NCBI GenBank assembly: GCA_951406725.2
Contig: OX597827.1
Span: 5,332,001 to 5,396,000 of the forward strand
DNA length: 64,000 nucleotides
Reading direction: 5' to 3'
Origin: Octopus vulgaris
Lineage: Eukaryota
Shown piece by piece: positions 12,130-24,339 of this stretch. A program made the translations under genes and the position numbers. Numbering within the stretch: the stretch's first letter is position 1; every line of letters starts with the position of its first letter. The notes below the pieces were generated by a model. That model was not told where the DNA came from. It made no database searches and saw only the letters and a list, made by a program, of their open reading frames with translations.

Positions 12130-12590
12130 ATAGAAGTACTAGAAAGTAAGAAATATAAGATGTTGTGGGACTTTAACATTCTGACTGACAGAGTAATAGA
12201 AGCTAGAAGGCCTGATTTAGTAGTAGTAGATGAAGAGATTAGAAAATGCCCAGATGATGAAAAAATCAATATGAGAAGTATAGAAAAAATAGCCGAGTCC
12301 CAGGACCTAGCCATTGAATTACAGAGACTATGGAAAGTGTGAGCAAAATGTATTCCAGCAGTTATAGGTTCACTGGGAACTATCCCTAAAGATCTGAACA
12401 GATGGATAGAGGAAATAGGCATAAAACCCAGCTTAGTACAGTTCCAGAAAACAATGTTATTAGGGACAGCTAGTATATCAAGAGAGTTCTTGGTGGCTAA
12501 AGTTACTTGTTGTAGCCCGATGCTAGGATTTTTTCTTTTTCAACAGTCTAATCTGTTGTGTGTAAAAAATGAAAATAATAATGATTTTTA
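12130..12590 (+). pseudogene. 3' end of a second RLE non-LTR retrotransposon (R4/Dong-like)
   Basis: KMLWDFNILTDRVIEARRPDLVVVD...DLAIELQRLWKV*...VIGSLGTIPK; PD-(D/E)xK-type RLE with stop and deletion. Confidence 0.85.
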
Positions 12591-12627
12591 TTATTGTTGT
12601 TGTTGTTGCTGCTGCTGTTGCTGTTGA

Positions 12628-12993
12628 GTGAACGGTCTTCGTCCCAGAGCTCGCAAGATGGGAGAAGTCCGAAACGTGGTCCTTTGCTATTCGTAAGACC
12701 CGCAGAAGAGAAAGCAGGTCAACCCCCGACACCGAGAGCATCGACGGATGGATGAATGCACATCCAGGCTCAGCAGTTGCGTAGAAAGTCGGGGACAAGA
12801 AACACGAAGAAAGAGTGAGAGAAAGTTGGAGCGAAAGAGTACAACAGGGGTCGCCCCCCCCCCCTGCCGGAGCCTCATGGTGCTTTAGTTGTTTTTGCTC
12901 AATAAACAAACACAACGCCCAGTCTGGAAATCGAGACCGCGATCCTCCAACCGCGAGTCCGCTGCCCTAACCATTGGGCCATAACGCCTCCAC
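12628..12993 (-). mobile_element. tRNA-derived SINE family D
   Basis: Head GTGGAGGCGTTATGGCCCAATGGTTAGGGCAGCGGACTCGCGG with A/B boxes; same head at 27240 and 56618. Confidence 0.85.
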
Positions 12994-13152
12994 TTGTTGT
13001 TGCTGCTGTCATTTCACTTCTCAGAGCTCTTGATTTCACTTGCTCCAGTTAATTCTGTAAGAGGGAAAAGCAACCTCTCCAACAACACTTAACATCTAAG
13101 TATCAACCTCAAAATACTCGAACCAGCAAAAGCACTACCAGCACCAGCACCA

Positions 13153-13275
13153 CCCATCTTTCATCCTTTTAGGGTCAATAAATTAAGTACCAGTGAAATA
13201 CTGGGGGTCAATGTAATCGACTAGTGCCACTCCCACCTAATTTCAGACCTTGTGTCTTTTTAGTAGAAAGGATTA
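13153..13275 (+). mobile_element. SINE family A-related, 5' truncated
   Basis: CTTTCATCCTTTTAGGGTCAATAAATTAAGTACCAG central motif; (ATT)n tail. Confidence 0.7.
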
Positions 13276-13788
13276 TTATTATTATTATTATTTGTATTAT
13301 AATTATTGATATCTATTAGATGTCTGCATAGTGTGATGATGTATCCATATGTGAAATTATGAACAAACTGTGAATTATAATAGATAAGTACTCAAATTTA
13401 TTTATATATTTACACCTTCAAATACATATACACAGAACAATTGAATGCAAATATGTAAACATTCAACGCCAAAAAATTACCTATGAAGACGTGCAGAAAA
13501 TTATGGCCTATTTTGAAGCATGAATTGTTAAGTAATTTAATGTAGTGGTCTGTACAATAGTTATGCTAGAGTAATAAGTAGCAGATTGTTTAAGAATTTC
13601 TTTTGGTTTCTGTTTTTATGTTTTATAATGTTTCTAGCATTCATTTTTCAGCATTTTTGTTTACATTTATTGTTGATATAATACACTTACTGAATAATTT
13701 ACATTATCTCAATCTCTAAGCCTATGTGTGTGTGCGTGTGTGTGTGTGAATATTTAATGGTCATTTTCATAGCATTTTTCGATGGCCG

Positions 13789-13849
13789 GATAACTGAAGA
13801 GATGGTGGCGTGGGTTTCCACCCAGACATCCGAAACTTGGAGTTTTATC
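13789..13849 (+). ncRNA. Type I hammerhead ribozyme motif (Penelope-like)
   Basis: GATAA-CTGAAGA-GATG..CATC-C-GAAA-CT tgg AG-T-T-TTATC: core boxes plus stems I, II and III present. Confidence 0.65.
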
Positions 13850-14221
13850 AAGGCTACCAAATAATTGTCACATATTATGTTTACAGATAAATTTCTCTAT
13901 TTACATAATATCAATGTCTCTTTCATTTTTTGTTGTATTACCATTTCTATCAATATACACACACATACACACACACACACTCACAAACATATATTCTCCA
14001 ATTTGAAGCGACAATTTTTAAATACAAACAAATGACCAAAAAAGGAACTAACCCTAACCAGAATCGAACCGTCAAAGCAATGCTTACACGGCTCCTTGTG
14101 CATCTGAGTGTGCATCCATTTCCATGTATATATATATGTATATATATATATAGGTAGAAAGATAGATAGATAGACAGATGATGTTGATATATATATATAT
14201 ATATTTGTGTGTATGTATTCA

Positions 14222-14676
14222 TTTGTTTTAGTCACTAAACTGTGGCCATGCTGGTGTATGACTTTGAAGGATTTTAGTTGAATGAAATTACCCCCAGTAC
14301 TTATTTTTTAAAGCTTGATACTTATTCTCTCAGCCTTATGGCAAGCTGATATGTTGCAATGATGTAAACAAACCAACACTGGTTGTCAAGTTATGATGGT
14401 GAACTGTCACGAACATGACACACACACATACATGTGCTCTTTCTCTAACGCACACACAAACACACATGCATGCTTTCTCTCTGTCTCTCTCACACACACA
14501 CATACACATGCATAGTGATGGGCTTCTTTCAATTTCCATTTACCAAATCCAGTCACAAGGCTATATAGTTGGCTCGGGTCTATAGTAGAGGACACTTGCT
14601 TTGGGTACCACAGAGTGGGACTGAACTCAGTAGCATGTGGTTGGGAAGCAAGCTTCTGACGACACAACCATGCCAT
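14222..14676 (-). mobile_element. CORE-type tRNA SINE family B, diverged
   Basis: Homologous to 45382-45788; internal CA microsatellite. Confidence 0.8.
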
Positions 14677-14700
14677 CATATATACATACATACATATATA

Positions 14701-14803
14701 TCATCATCATCATCATTTAACATCTGCTTTCCATGCTAGCATGGGTTGGACGATTTGACTGAGGACTGGCAAACCAGATGGCTGCACCAGGCTTCAGTCT
14801 GAT
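14701..14803 (-). mobile_element. (GAT)n-tailed retroposon family C, 3' fragment
   Basis: CATCATTTAACATCTGCTTTCCATGCTAGCATGGGTTGGACG end shared with other copies. Confidence 0.8.
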
Positions 14804-15064
14804 CCTTCCGTAGAAGAAAAATTTCAAATCAGACAATGTTAACACCAAAAATTATTTACATCAAAAAGGTACTTTTTTTCTATGAAAATCCCTATTTTTT
14901 ACGATTTTTTTGACTGCTGTGTCGCCATTTTTCGGTGTATTTCAACCAGAAAAATGTTCACTTAAAGAGAATAACAAGCTACATAATGCAAAATTTTTAC
15001 TTTTCAAAAATTCCAATTTTAAAGGATCGAAACAAACCTGAGCAACGCCGGGCGATACTGCTAG
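14804..15064 (+). mobile_element. Non-autonomous Helitron, 3' part
   Basis: Subterminal hairpin CCTGAGCAACGCCGGG then CTAG|T; matches reverse complement of 17244-17505. Confidence 0.8.
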
Positions 15065-15416
15065 TCTATTTATATAGCTATAGATATATATGGTTCAAGG
15101 GGGATAAGCCAAGCTTTGCATTTACTAAGTTTTGCATTCTTCATCTTGGTGCATGTGTGTGTGTGTGTGTGTGCATGCATATTCACTCACCTGCGCGCTT
15201 ACACACACACAGGGGAAATAAGAAGAATACAGAAATGAACAAATGCAACACATGTGTGTATATGTATGTGTATTATGTATGTGTATGTGTGTGTGCACAC
15301 ATGTATATTCTAAGTCTATCACTGGGTTGACAGCAAACCTATGACAATTTCAATAGAAGCCTTATTCTTAAAGTACGCCTCGGATAATGGCTGAAGCTGG
15401 GTTTTAGAGTCGTTGT

Positions 15417-15734
15417 GATACCAGTGCCGGTGGCACATAAAGGAGCCATCCAAACGTGGCCGTTGCCAGCGCCACCATGAATGGCCGCCGTGCCGGTGGC
15501 ATGTAAAAAGCACCAACCGATCGTGGCCGTTGCCAGCCTCACCTGGCATCTGTGCCAGTGGCACGTAAAAAGCACTCTCGGAGTGGTTGGCGTTAGGAAG
15601 GGCATCCAGCTGTAGAAACACTGCCAGATCAGACTGGAGCCTGGTGCAGCCTTCTGGCTTCCCAGACCCCAGTCAAACCGTCCAACCCATGCTAGCACAG
15701 AAAACGGACGTTAAACGATGATGATGATGATGAT
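15417..15734 (+). mobile_element. (GAT)n-tailed retroposon family C
   Basis: Internal GTGCCGGTGGCACGTAAAAAGCAC repeats, GGCGTTAGGAAGGGCATCCAGC motif, GAT tail. Confidence 0.85.
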
Positions 15735-16060
15735 GGTTAATTCATGTGATTAGTGTGAATTTGTAGTAATTTATTGTTTAACTCGTATAGAATTAGGATT
15801 GTATTTATCTATCCCTGATTATCTATTTACTATGCCAAATACCACCATGGTGCATCATGTGTGCATGTGTACATATGGTGTTTAATGGAGCAGGGATTAC
15901 ATCCTTCTGGCGCAGCCTTGCAGCTTATGTAAGTGCGAGTTCATTGTTTGATGAGCCGTCATTCACCATGTTGTATCACTTGCAAATCATGACAATTTAT
16001 TCAACATATGCACAAATTGTTCAGGTGTGTACAGTTATGTACATTGGTAAGACAGATTTA

Positions 16061-16314
16061 GGCCATCTTTCAGTACAAGTACCATGGCAGCCACGTGTGT
16101 TTGTTTACATCTGAAGAAGAAGATCGTCACTCTCCGCAAAGTTTTTTTCTTTTTATATATGGGGGATTAGGATTAGGGTTAGAGTTAGGGTTAGGGCTTG
16201 TGTTAGGGTTAGGGTTACGGGTGGAAGAAAAGGGTTTCTTTTTTCTTCAGAAATGTAAACAAACCCACGTGGGTTTATAATTGGCAGTTATGGTACTTGT
16301 ACCGTAAGATCGCC
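16061..16314. mobile_element. MITE with long TIRs, 8-bp TSD and TTAGGG core (Merlin-like)
   Basis: TSD CAGATTTA at 16053-16060 and 16315-16322; GG..CC termini; bipartite TIRs of about 60 bp; TTAGGG repeats 16167-16221. Confidence 0.85.
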
Positions 16315-16481
16315 CAGATTTACATTTATTTTGCATCAGTACTTGAAACTTTGTAAACTAGATTCCATTTTGAAGAATTTCTTAGTCCAAAATACAGTTG
16401 GTTGCACTTCTGAAACTGCATCCATTTTGGGTTAATTGTCCATTGTTTCTGATTACTTCATTATGCCTCAGTATTTGTGAT

Positions 16482-16908
16482 CTTATTCTTTTACTCTTTT
16501 ACTTGTTTCAGTCATTTGACTGTGGCCATGCTGGGGCATCGCCTTTAGCTGAACGAATCGACCCCAGGACTTATTCTTTGTAAGCCTAGTACTTATTTAT
16601 TGATCTCTTTTGCCAAACCACTAAGTTACGGGGACGTGAACACACCAACATCGGTTGTCAAGTGATGGTGGGGGCGACAAACACAGACAAACAGGCACAC
16701 ACACATACACACAAACACACATACACACACACACACATAGATATATGACAGGCTTCTTTCAGTTTCTGTCTACCAAATCCACTCACAAGGCTTTGGTCAG
16801 CCTGAGGCTATAGCAGAAGACACTTGCCCAAGGTGCCACGCAGTCGGACTGAACCCGGAGCCATGTGGTTGGTAAGCAAGCTACTTACCACACAGCCACT
16901 CCTACACC
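16482..16908 (-). mobile_element. CORE-type SINE family B
   Basis: tRNA head, CCTTGGGCAAGTGTCTT core, AGTAAAAG tail. Confidence 0.9.
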
Positions 16909-17243
16909 TATATATTAACTAAACAACTATAGCTAACCTTGATATAATTCCTGTTGAAGGTTTTGCGATATCTATGAGAAAGTGTTAGTTTACAAGAGTT
17001 GAAAAGTATCTGACAATAATTATGGTTACATTCACATTAAATAGTGGATTCAGTCATGCAATTTTTCTGTTTTTATATCTGCTTGTTTGAATGGATACCA
17101 TTGGGTCTATATAACTTATATTTTTTATTGCAAGTGCATTCTTTTGGTATATTATTCTATCATAGAATGGCCTTATCAAATATACTCTTAACTGAAGTAG
17201 AGAAATGTCTGCTGATGTTGCTTGTGACATGTTTAACAAGTTA

Positions 17244-17636
17244 CTAGCAGTATCGCCCGGCGTTGCTCGGGTTTGTTTTTGACCCTTTAGAATTGGAATT
17301 TTTGAATAGTTAAAATTTTGCATTATGTAGCTTGTTATTCTCTTTAAGTGAACATTTTTCTGGTTGAAATACAGCGAAAAATGGCGACACAGCAGTCAAA
17401 AAGTCATAAAAAATAGGAATTTTCATAGAAAAAAAGCACCTTTTTGATGTAAATAATTTTTGGTGTTAACATGGTCCGATTTGAAATTTTTCTTCTACAG
17501 AAGGAAGAGCAAGCCTTCTACTATCGTACTCTAAATTTTGGTCAACTTGCGCTGCAGGGTCTCAGAGGCGATAGTGTTTGTTGAAGGCTACCAAACCTGC
17601 CATACACAGACAACTTCAGCTTTAGATATATACAGA
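17244..17636 (-). mobile_element. Non-autonomous Helitron
   Basis: 5' TC; 3' hairpin CCCGAGCAACGCCGGG plus CTAG; A|T insertion site; no TSD. Confidence 0.85.
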
Positions 17637-17828
17637 TATAAGGTAATTAAGTCTTTGTTTATATAAGCAATATTGTCATTTGGCTTATGACACAAGTAGC
17701 GTTTGAAGAAGTGGAGAATTATTGCAATATTTAGATAATTAATATTAGATTAGCTTGTCAGTTTAAGATTTAATTTGTTAAGCACCCCAATAACTTCTTT
17801 TTATTTCTATCTGTATCTTGTGCATTTC

Positions 17829-18230
17829 TACTCTTTACTCTTTTACTCTTTTACTTGTTTCAGTCACCCGACTGCGGCCATGCTGGAGCACCGCCCCCAG
17901 TCAAGCAAATCGACCCCGGGACTCACACTTTGTAAGCCCAGCACTTATTCTATCGGTCTCCCTTGCCGAACCGCTAAGTGACAGGGACGTAAATACACCC
18001 GCATCGGTTGTCAAGCAATGCTAGGGGAACAAACACAGACACACAAACATATACATATACATATATACGACAAGCTTCTTTCAGTTTCCGTCTACCAAAT
18101 CCACTCACAAGGCATTGGTCGGCCCGGGGCTATAGCAGAAGACACTTGCCCAAGATTCCACACAGTGGGACTGAACCCGGAACCATGTGGTTGGTTAGCA
18201 AGCTACTTACCACACAGCCACTCCTGCGCC
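17829..18230 (-). mobile_element. CORE-type SINE family B, full length
   Basis: GGCGCAGGAGTGGCTGTGTGG head through AGAGTAAA tail. Confidence 0.9.
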
Positions 18231-19072
18231 TAATACTATGTATTACTCTTAATCCATCATATTTAAATATTCTCTCTCAGCTCCTTCTTTGCTTCAGAGT
18301 GTGTGCAGTATATATATATATATACATAGGCCCATGAGGTCATCTAACACTGCAGAAGATACCTCACCATGTGTTCAAACCCAGTTAGCGTCATCGTAAA
18401 ATCAACAATTTCCTGGTGTTCATGGTTGCTCCAATGTCTAATGACTCTTAAATTAGCCAAGGATTTTGGATTGAAGTTTTTTGTTTTATCCATGGGTCCA
18501 TTTTATTTATGGGTCCATTTTAACTCATGTGAAAGTTACCTCCCTTAATTTACTTTGCCACCATACCTGAGTAACAGGTGTAGTGTGAACCACTCAGAAG
18601 AATATATGCTGTCCACCATCTTGGTTGCACACACATACAAAACAAATAAAGTACTGGGATCGATTCATTCTACTAAAATGCCTTAAGGTGGTGCCCTAGC
18701 ATGGCAGCAGTCTAATGACTGGAACAAGTAAAAGAGTAAAAGAAATGTATGCATGAACACACACACACACACACATACACATATACATACACAGCCGTGC
18801 ACACACACACACACACTGGTATATGCTGAGTGTTCCTCCTCCTCCTCCACAAATCCCTGACTCTCCCTCTTTGTTAGAAATTGTAATGGTGGTGGATTGG
18901 TAGAGCACCAAGAACAATTTCTTCTGACTCATTACATTCTAAGTTCAAATCCCATCAGCGTCAACTTTGCCCATCTTCCTTGCGGGGCCAATGAAACACA
19001 GTGCCAGTTAAGTACTCAGATCAAAGGTACTGACCAATACTTCACCACAAAATCACCAAATCCTGAAACCAC

Positions 19073-19138
<66 letters not shown>

Positions 19139-19394
19139 GGAGTGAGAGAACAGTGCATGCCATCAAAGTGACACTGGGGTAAAATATACAAGGCCCAGAA
19201 TACCCATCATGACTACCCCTCTGATAAGGGTACACCAGATACACGCATCACAACGATATGTGCACAACATGGTGATCTCATATATCAAGATAAACAGCGC
19301 TTGACCTTGCAGGTGGGGCCCAGTTAGAATTTTCTTCTGTTTGAGTAGTCCATCCCGCTCAAAAGGTCCCTGAATATTATTATTATTATTATGA

Positions 19395-19429
<35 letters not shown>

Positions 19430-19942
19430 GTCATTGTTGTTGTTAAGTGAGAGAGCAGTGCATGCCATCAAAATATATGAAGCCCAATATACCCCTTGTG
19501 ACTACCTGACTGATAAGGGTATAGGAGGCACATGCATCACAACCATATGTGTGTGACATGATGATCTCATATCAAGATAAACAGCACATGACCTTGCAGG
19601 TGGGGCCCAGTTAGAATTTTCTTCAGGTTGAGTAGCCCATCCTGCTCAAACGGTCCCTGAATAAGGGTTGTTTAAGGATGTTGAAAGAACCACCCATGTT
19701 TCCAGAGGTGAACTATTCAAACCCCAAAGAATCCCTCTCAACACATGGCTATAATGCTCCCATCACTACTTCTGCTCTTGATCAGAGATGCACATATCGA
19801 CAGCCACTAAGGGACATGCTCCACTGCTTAAGGTCAAACAACTGACAAGCAAACCTGTAGTATTGAGCGGAATATTTGCTGTGGCCCATTTTTTATTCCA
19901 AGACAAAACAATATACATGATAACACTTCCAATCAGTTAAGA
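19139..19942. repeat. Two partial copies (19139-19376, 19447-19942) of an unclassified interspersed repeat within (TTA)n
   Basis: Both start GTGAGAGA.CAGTGCATGCCATCAAA; separated and flanked by TTA tracts. Confidence 0.75.
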
Positions 19943-19964
19943 TTTGTTATTATAATTATCTTAT

Positions 19965-20256
19965 TGTTTTTGCACAACTTCTATGGTGTCAGCTGTTCAC
20001 TACCAGTGAACTAAGGGAATACTCCTCATTTTTCAAGCACCATCCAGAGTACTCGAGTGGTTCCAAGCAGTGCTGTTTTCTGCAAGTACTCCACTCTTAT
20101 TGCAGCTCCTATTTGTTCCATGTACTTTTCAAGATTTTTACTCACTGTTCCCAGGGCTCTGACAATTATTGGTACTACTACCACCTTTTTCAGCGACCAT
20201 AACTGCTTCACCTCCAAGCTAACCTCTTACATTTATCGACTTTCCTTTCTTCCTTA

Positions 20257-20258
<2 letters not shown>
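19965..20258 (-). pseudogene. RLE non-LTR retrotransposon 3' end
   Basis: EVKQLWSLKKVVVVPIIVRALGTV...LQKTALLGTTRVL; adjacent (TTA)n. Confidence 0.8.
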
Positions 20259-20306
<48 letters not shown>

Positions 20307-20369
20307 GTTATTATTATTATTATTGTCATATATTTACATATTCCTTTATTTTGTGTAATATCTTTCATT

Positions 20370-21092
20370 TATTTTTAACCTGTTTCAATCATTGAGCTGT
20401 GGTCATACCGAGGTGCTGCCTTGAAGGGTCTTAGTCAAACAGTTCCATCCTAGTACTTATTCTTTTACTCCCTTTGGCTGGACTGCTAAGTTACAGGGAT
20501 GTAAACAAAACAACAACGGCTGTCTATTGTTAGTGGTGATTGACAGAGACACAAAGGCACACACATGTACATATCTCAAACTTCCATACTGTTCTGGTAG
20601 ACCAGATTCACTGATAAGGTATTGGTCAGCTGAAGACTTAAGTAGAAGGCACTTGCCCAAGGTGTTGTATAGTAGGACTGAACCCGAAAGCACATGGTTG
20701 CAAAGCAAGCTTCTTAACCACACAGCCATGCCTTGCACACACACACACACACACACACATTCACACACACACACACATGCACACACACATGCATGAACAC
20801 ACACACACGCATGCATGCACGCACACACACATTCACACACACACACACGTTTCATGGTTGTTCTTACTCTTACTCTTTTACTCTTTTACTTGTTTCAGTC
20901 ATTTGACTGCGGCCATGCTGGAGCACCGCTTTTTTAATCGAGCAACTCGACCCCGGGACTTATTCTTTTTGTAAGCCCAGTACTTATTCTATCGGTCTCT
21001 TTTTGCCGAACCACTAAGTGACGGGGACCTAAACACACCAGCATCGGTTGTCAAGCGATGCGAGGGGGGGGACAAACACAGACACACAAACA
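20370..21092 (-). mobile_element. Two family B SINE copies (diverged 20370-20735; 3' half 20862-21092)
   Basis: Homology to family B head and tail. Confidence 0.8.
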
Positions 21093-22692
21093 TGCATCTT
21101 GTTGTGTATTGATTAATTGTTTAATCAACTAAATAAATAACGACCCGTTGGGGTGTGTGTCTTTTATTACTGTACATAGTTGATGAGACACCATTCATTG
21201 AAAATCTATGTTGATCCCTTCACACGCATATGCGCATATGCAAGTGTATGCATGTTTGAGCAGTCTGTCTAGCCGTCTTACTAGATACCAGGTACTCTAC
21301 GCATACACACATGCATATGCTGCACACACATGCGCACTGGCACACTCATACACATGCAAAAGACAAATCTTGTAACTTGTTGGTGCGTCAAATCATGTAA
21401 GCACATGGATAAAGATTTTTGACATTGTTTGCTGATATTTCATGTTTATACAAAGAATGTTAACAATGTGCACACAGACAGACACACATGTGTGTGTGTG
21501 CATGTGTGTGTGTGCATGTGTGTGTATGTGTGTGTGCATATGCATGTGTGCATGTGTGTGTGTGTATACTCACATGTACATATATCATCATCACCGAATG
21601 GACATTACATCACCCATTAAATTATCCATTAAATGGATTATCCATTAAATCATCCATTAAATTATATGTTAAAAGGCTAAACAGATAATCCCATACAGAA
21701 TGATTTCAGGCTCTGTAATGAATACGTAGCCATCATCAGTGAGATTCATAGTATTAGTACATATATGTGAATATATATATACATATACATACATTCACAG
21801 ATCTATACATAAGGCCAATCATTCGCCTATATATATGTATATATATATACTAATTAAAGTATAAAATATTATAGATTTATTACAGCTGATCTAACTAATT
21901 GGTTTCACACTGGGTACTAAAACTGGATGTTAGGTCACAATATAGTCAACTAGAACCACATGCTCTTCATTGAAAACTTTAATAAACCCGCTCTATTGAC
22001 ATATATATGAGGGCATCCTTTTCCTAAATTATGGGGTTTTAAATGACTATATAAATATTCCACCCATGCCAGCATGGAAGGCAGATGTTAAATGATGATG
22101 ATGTATGTATGTATGTATGTATGTATGTATGTATGTATGTATGTATGTATGTATGTATGTATGTATGTATGTATGTATGTCTCCCTCTCTCACTGTGTCT
22201 CTCTCCCCTCTCTCTCTGTTTCTCTTTCTGTCTCTCTCTGTCTGTCTGTCTGTGTATCTCTCTCTCTCTCTCACTTTGTGTCTCTGTCTCTCTCTCTTTC
22301 TCTCTCTCTCTCTCTTTCTCTGTATACATGTGTGTATGTATTTATATATGAATGTAGCTATATATACATAAATATATATATATATATATATATAAAGAGA
22401 GAACGAGTGAGAGGGCGGAGGGGAGGCATGAGAGATTGCTTAGAAGATATCTAATTACCCTCATCTCATGTACAGTTCATTAACATAAGGTGACCATTGG
22501 ATACATAATGCAAATTACATAATTAACATTTGCTGCTGTCAAATCAGGTGACATGTAATTATTAAATGTAATACTATTGGAATGATAAGATGACAATAGT
22601 CACCATTGTGGAAATGTCTTGGGACTGTATATCCTCATCAATGTCATCATCATCATCATCCTCATCATCATCGTCATCACCATCATCATCAC

Positions 22693-22740
<48 letters not shown>

Positions 22741-22866
22741 TTTAACATGGACTTTTCCATGCTAGCATGAGTTTGACAGAATTCTTTAAGGCAAATAATC
22801 TATGACTAGAAACCCTTCTTGTTGCCAATCCTCACCTGTCTATAAGTAAGGTAATATTTTCCCCCT

Positions 22867-23096
22867 GTGGCGAGCTGGCAGAAACGTTAGCATGCCGGAC
22901 GAAATGCTTAGCAGTATTTCGTCTGCCACTACGTTCTGAGCTCAAATTCCGCCGAGGTCGACTTTGCCTTTCATCCTTTCGGGGTCAATTAAATAAGTAC
23001 CAGTTATGCACTGGGGTCGATATAATCGACTTAATCCATTTGTCTGTCCTTGTTTGTCCCCTCTGTGTGTAGCCCCTTGTGGGTAGTAAAGAAATA
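22867..23096 (+). mobile_element. SINE family A, full length
   Basis: GGCGAGCTGGCAGAAACGTTAG to AAAGAAATA; approximate TSD GGTAATATTTTCCCCCT / GGTTATATTTCCCCCT. Confidence 0.9.
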
Positions 23097-23596
23097 GGTT
23101 ATATTTCCCCCTAGCCAAACATGTTTTCACGGAAGATTGGAAATGAAGGACACTGTCTATATAAAAATAGGGCTCATTTACAACAGTAACACATGCACAA
23201 AAGCACTTGCACACAAACACACACACTCACAAACATGCACATACATGCATATATATAAGCAGGTTATTTTTCAGTTTCCATCCATCAAATCCACTCACAA
23301 GGCCAGCCTGAGTTTTAGTAGAAAATATTTGTGCTAGGTGCCATAGTGTGGGAGTGAACCTGTGGCCATGTGGTTAGGAAGGAAGTTACTTAGCCACTCA
23401 GCCACACCTGTACGTGACTATATACACACACACACACACACACATATATGACTGGACAGGTGCAGCTTTCGGGCTCCCCAGACCCCAGTTGAACCGTCCA
23501 ACCCATGCTAGCATGGAAAGCGGACGTTAAATGATGATGATGATGATGATGATGATGATGGGGAGGTACAGGTGTGATTGAATATATATATATATA

Positions 23597-24118
23597 CCGT
23601 AAATCCTCGAGTATAGTCCGCCCTTGAGTATAATACGCAGGGAATTTTTTAGGGGGCTGTACCTCTAAAGAACCTAAACCTTGTGTATAATACGCACCCC
23701 TTCTCTAATTTGAGTCGTGTGTAATTAAGCCAGCAGCACCTAGTCGAACAAACACTTCCGTGCATGCCTAGTACAATAATGGTGATGTTTTTAACTGTTA
23801 TATGGGAATGTAAATATGTTTGCAAATTGTTTTTGTTATATGTTATTCTGTGTTCTGAATACTTTTATTTTAATAAATGTTGTTTCCTGCAAGTTATGGA
23901 TGATTCTTTTATGACTTCATTGCTTTCAGGCTTAGCTTAAGCTATTTTCGTGCCCGACATCACAAAATGCGTCTGAATAACCATTGCCGGACAGCAAACA
24001 GAGATTTGGTCAATGCTTAGAAAATATTTTTAGTTCTTAACCTCGTATATAATACACACTAGGGATTTTGACCTTTAAATTTTGGGAAAAAAATGCGGAT
24101 TATACTCAAGGATTTATA

Positions 24119-24119
<1 letters not shown>
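23597..24119. mobile_element. Tc1/mariner-superfamily MITE (Tc2/pogo-like TIR)
   Basis: TIR CCGTAAATCCTCGAGTATA / TATACTCAAGGATTTATAG; TA flanks; subterminal GTATAATACGCA repeats. Confidence 0.8.
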
Positions 24120-24182
<63 letters not shown>

Positions 24183-24301
24183 ATATATGCATGTTTGGGT
24201 ATGTATGTATATATGTGTGTGTGTGTATAATATATATACATACACATATGTAACATATTTACACACATGCAGACACACACACGCACACACAAACACCAAC
24301 A

Positions 24302-24339
<38 letters not shown>

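Noticed and set aside
16167-16221. Chromosome end or fusion scar
   Set aside because: Short single-orientation TTAGGG run enclosed by TIRs and a TSD
17775-18337. Recurrent ORFs such as MSSNARGTNTDTQ and MLGGQTQTH (also 45368, 54888, 58839)
   Set aside because: Chance frames within SINE family B; the recurrence reflects repeat copies
18345-18395. Very decayed hammerhead-like string (also about 39705-39740)
   Set aside because: Both core boxes are mutated; indistinguishable from chance
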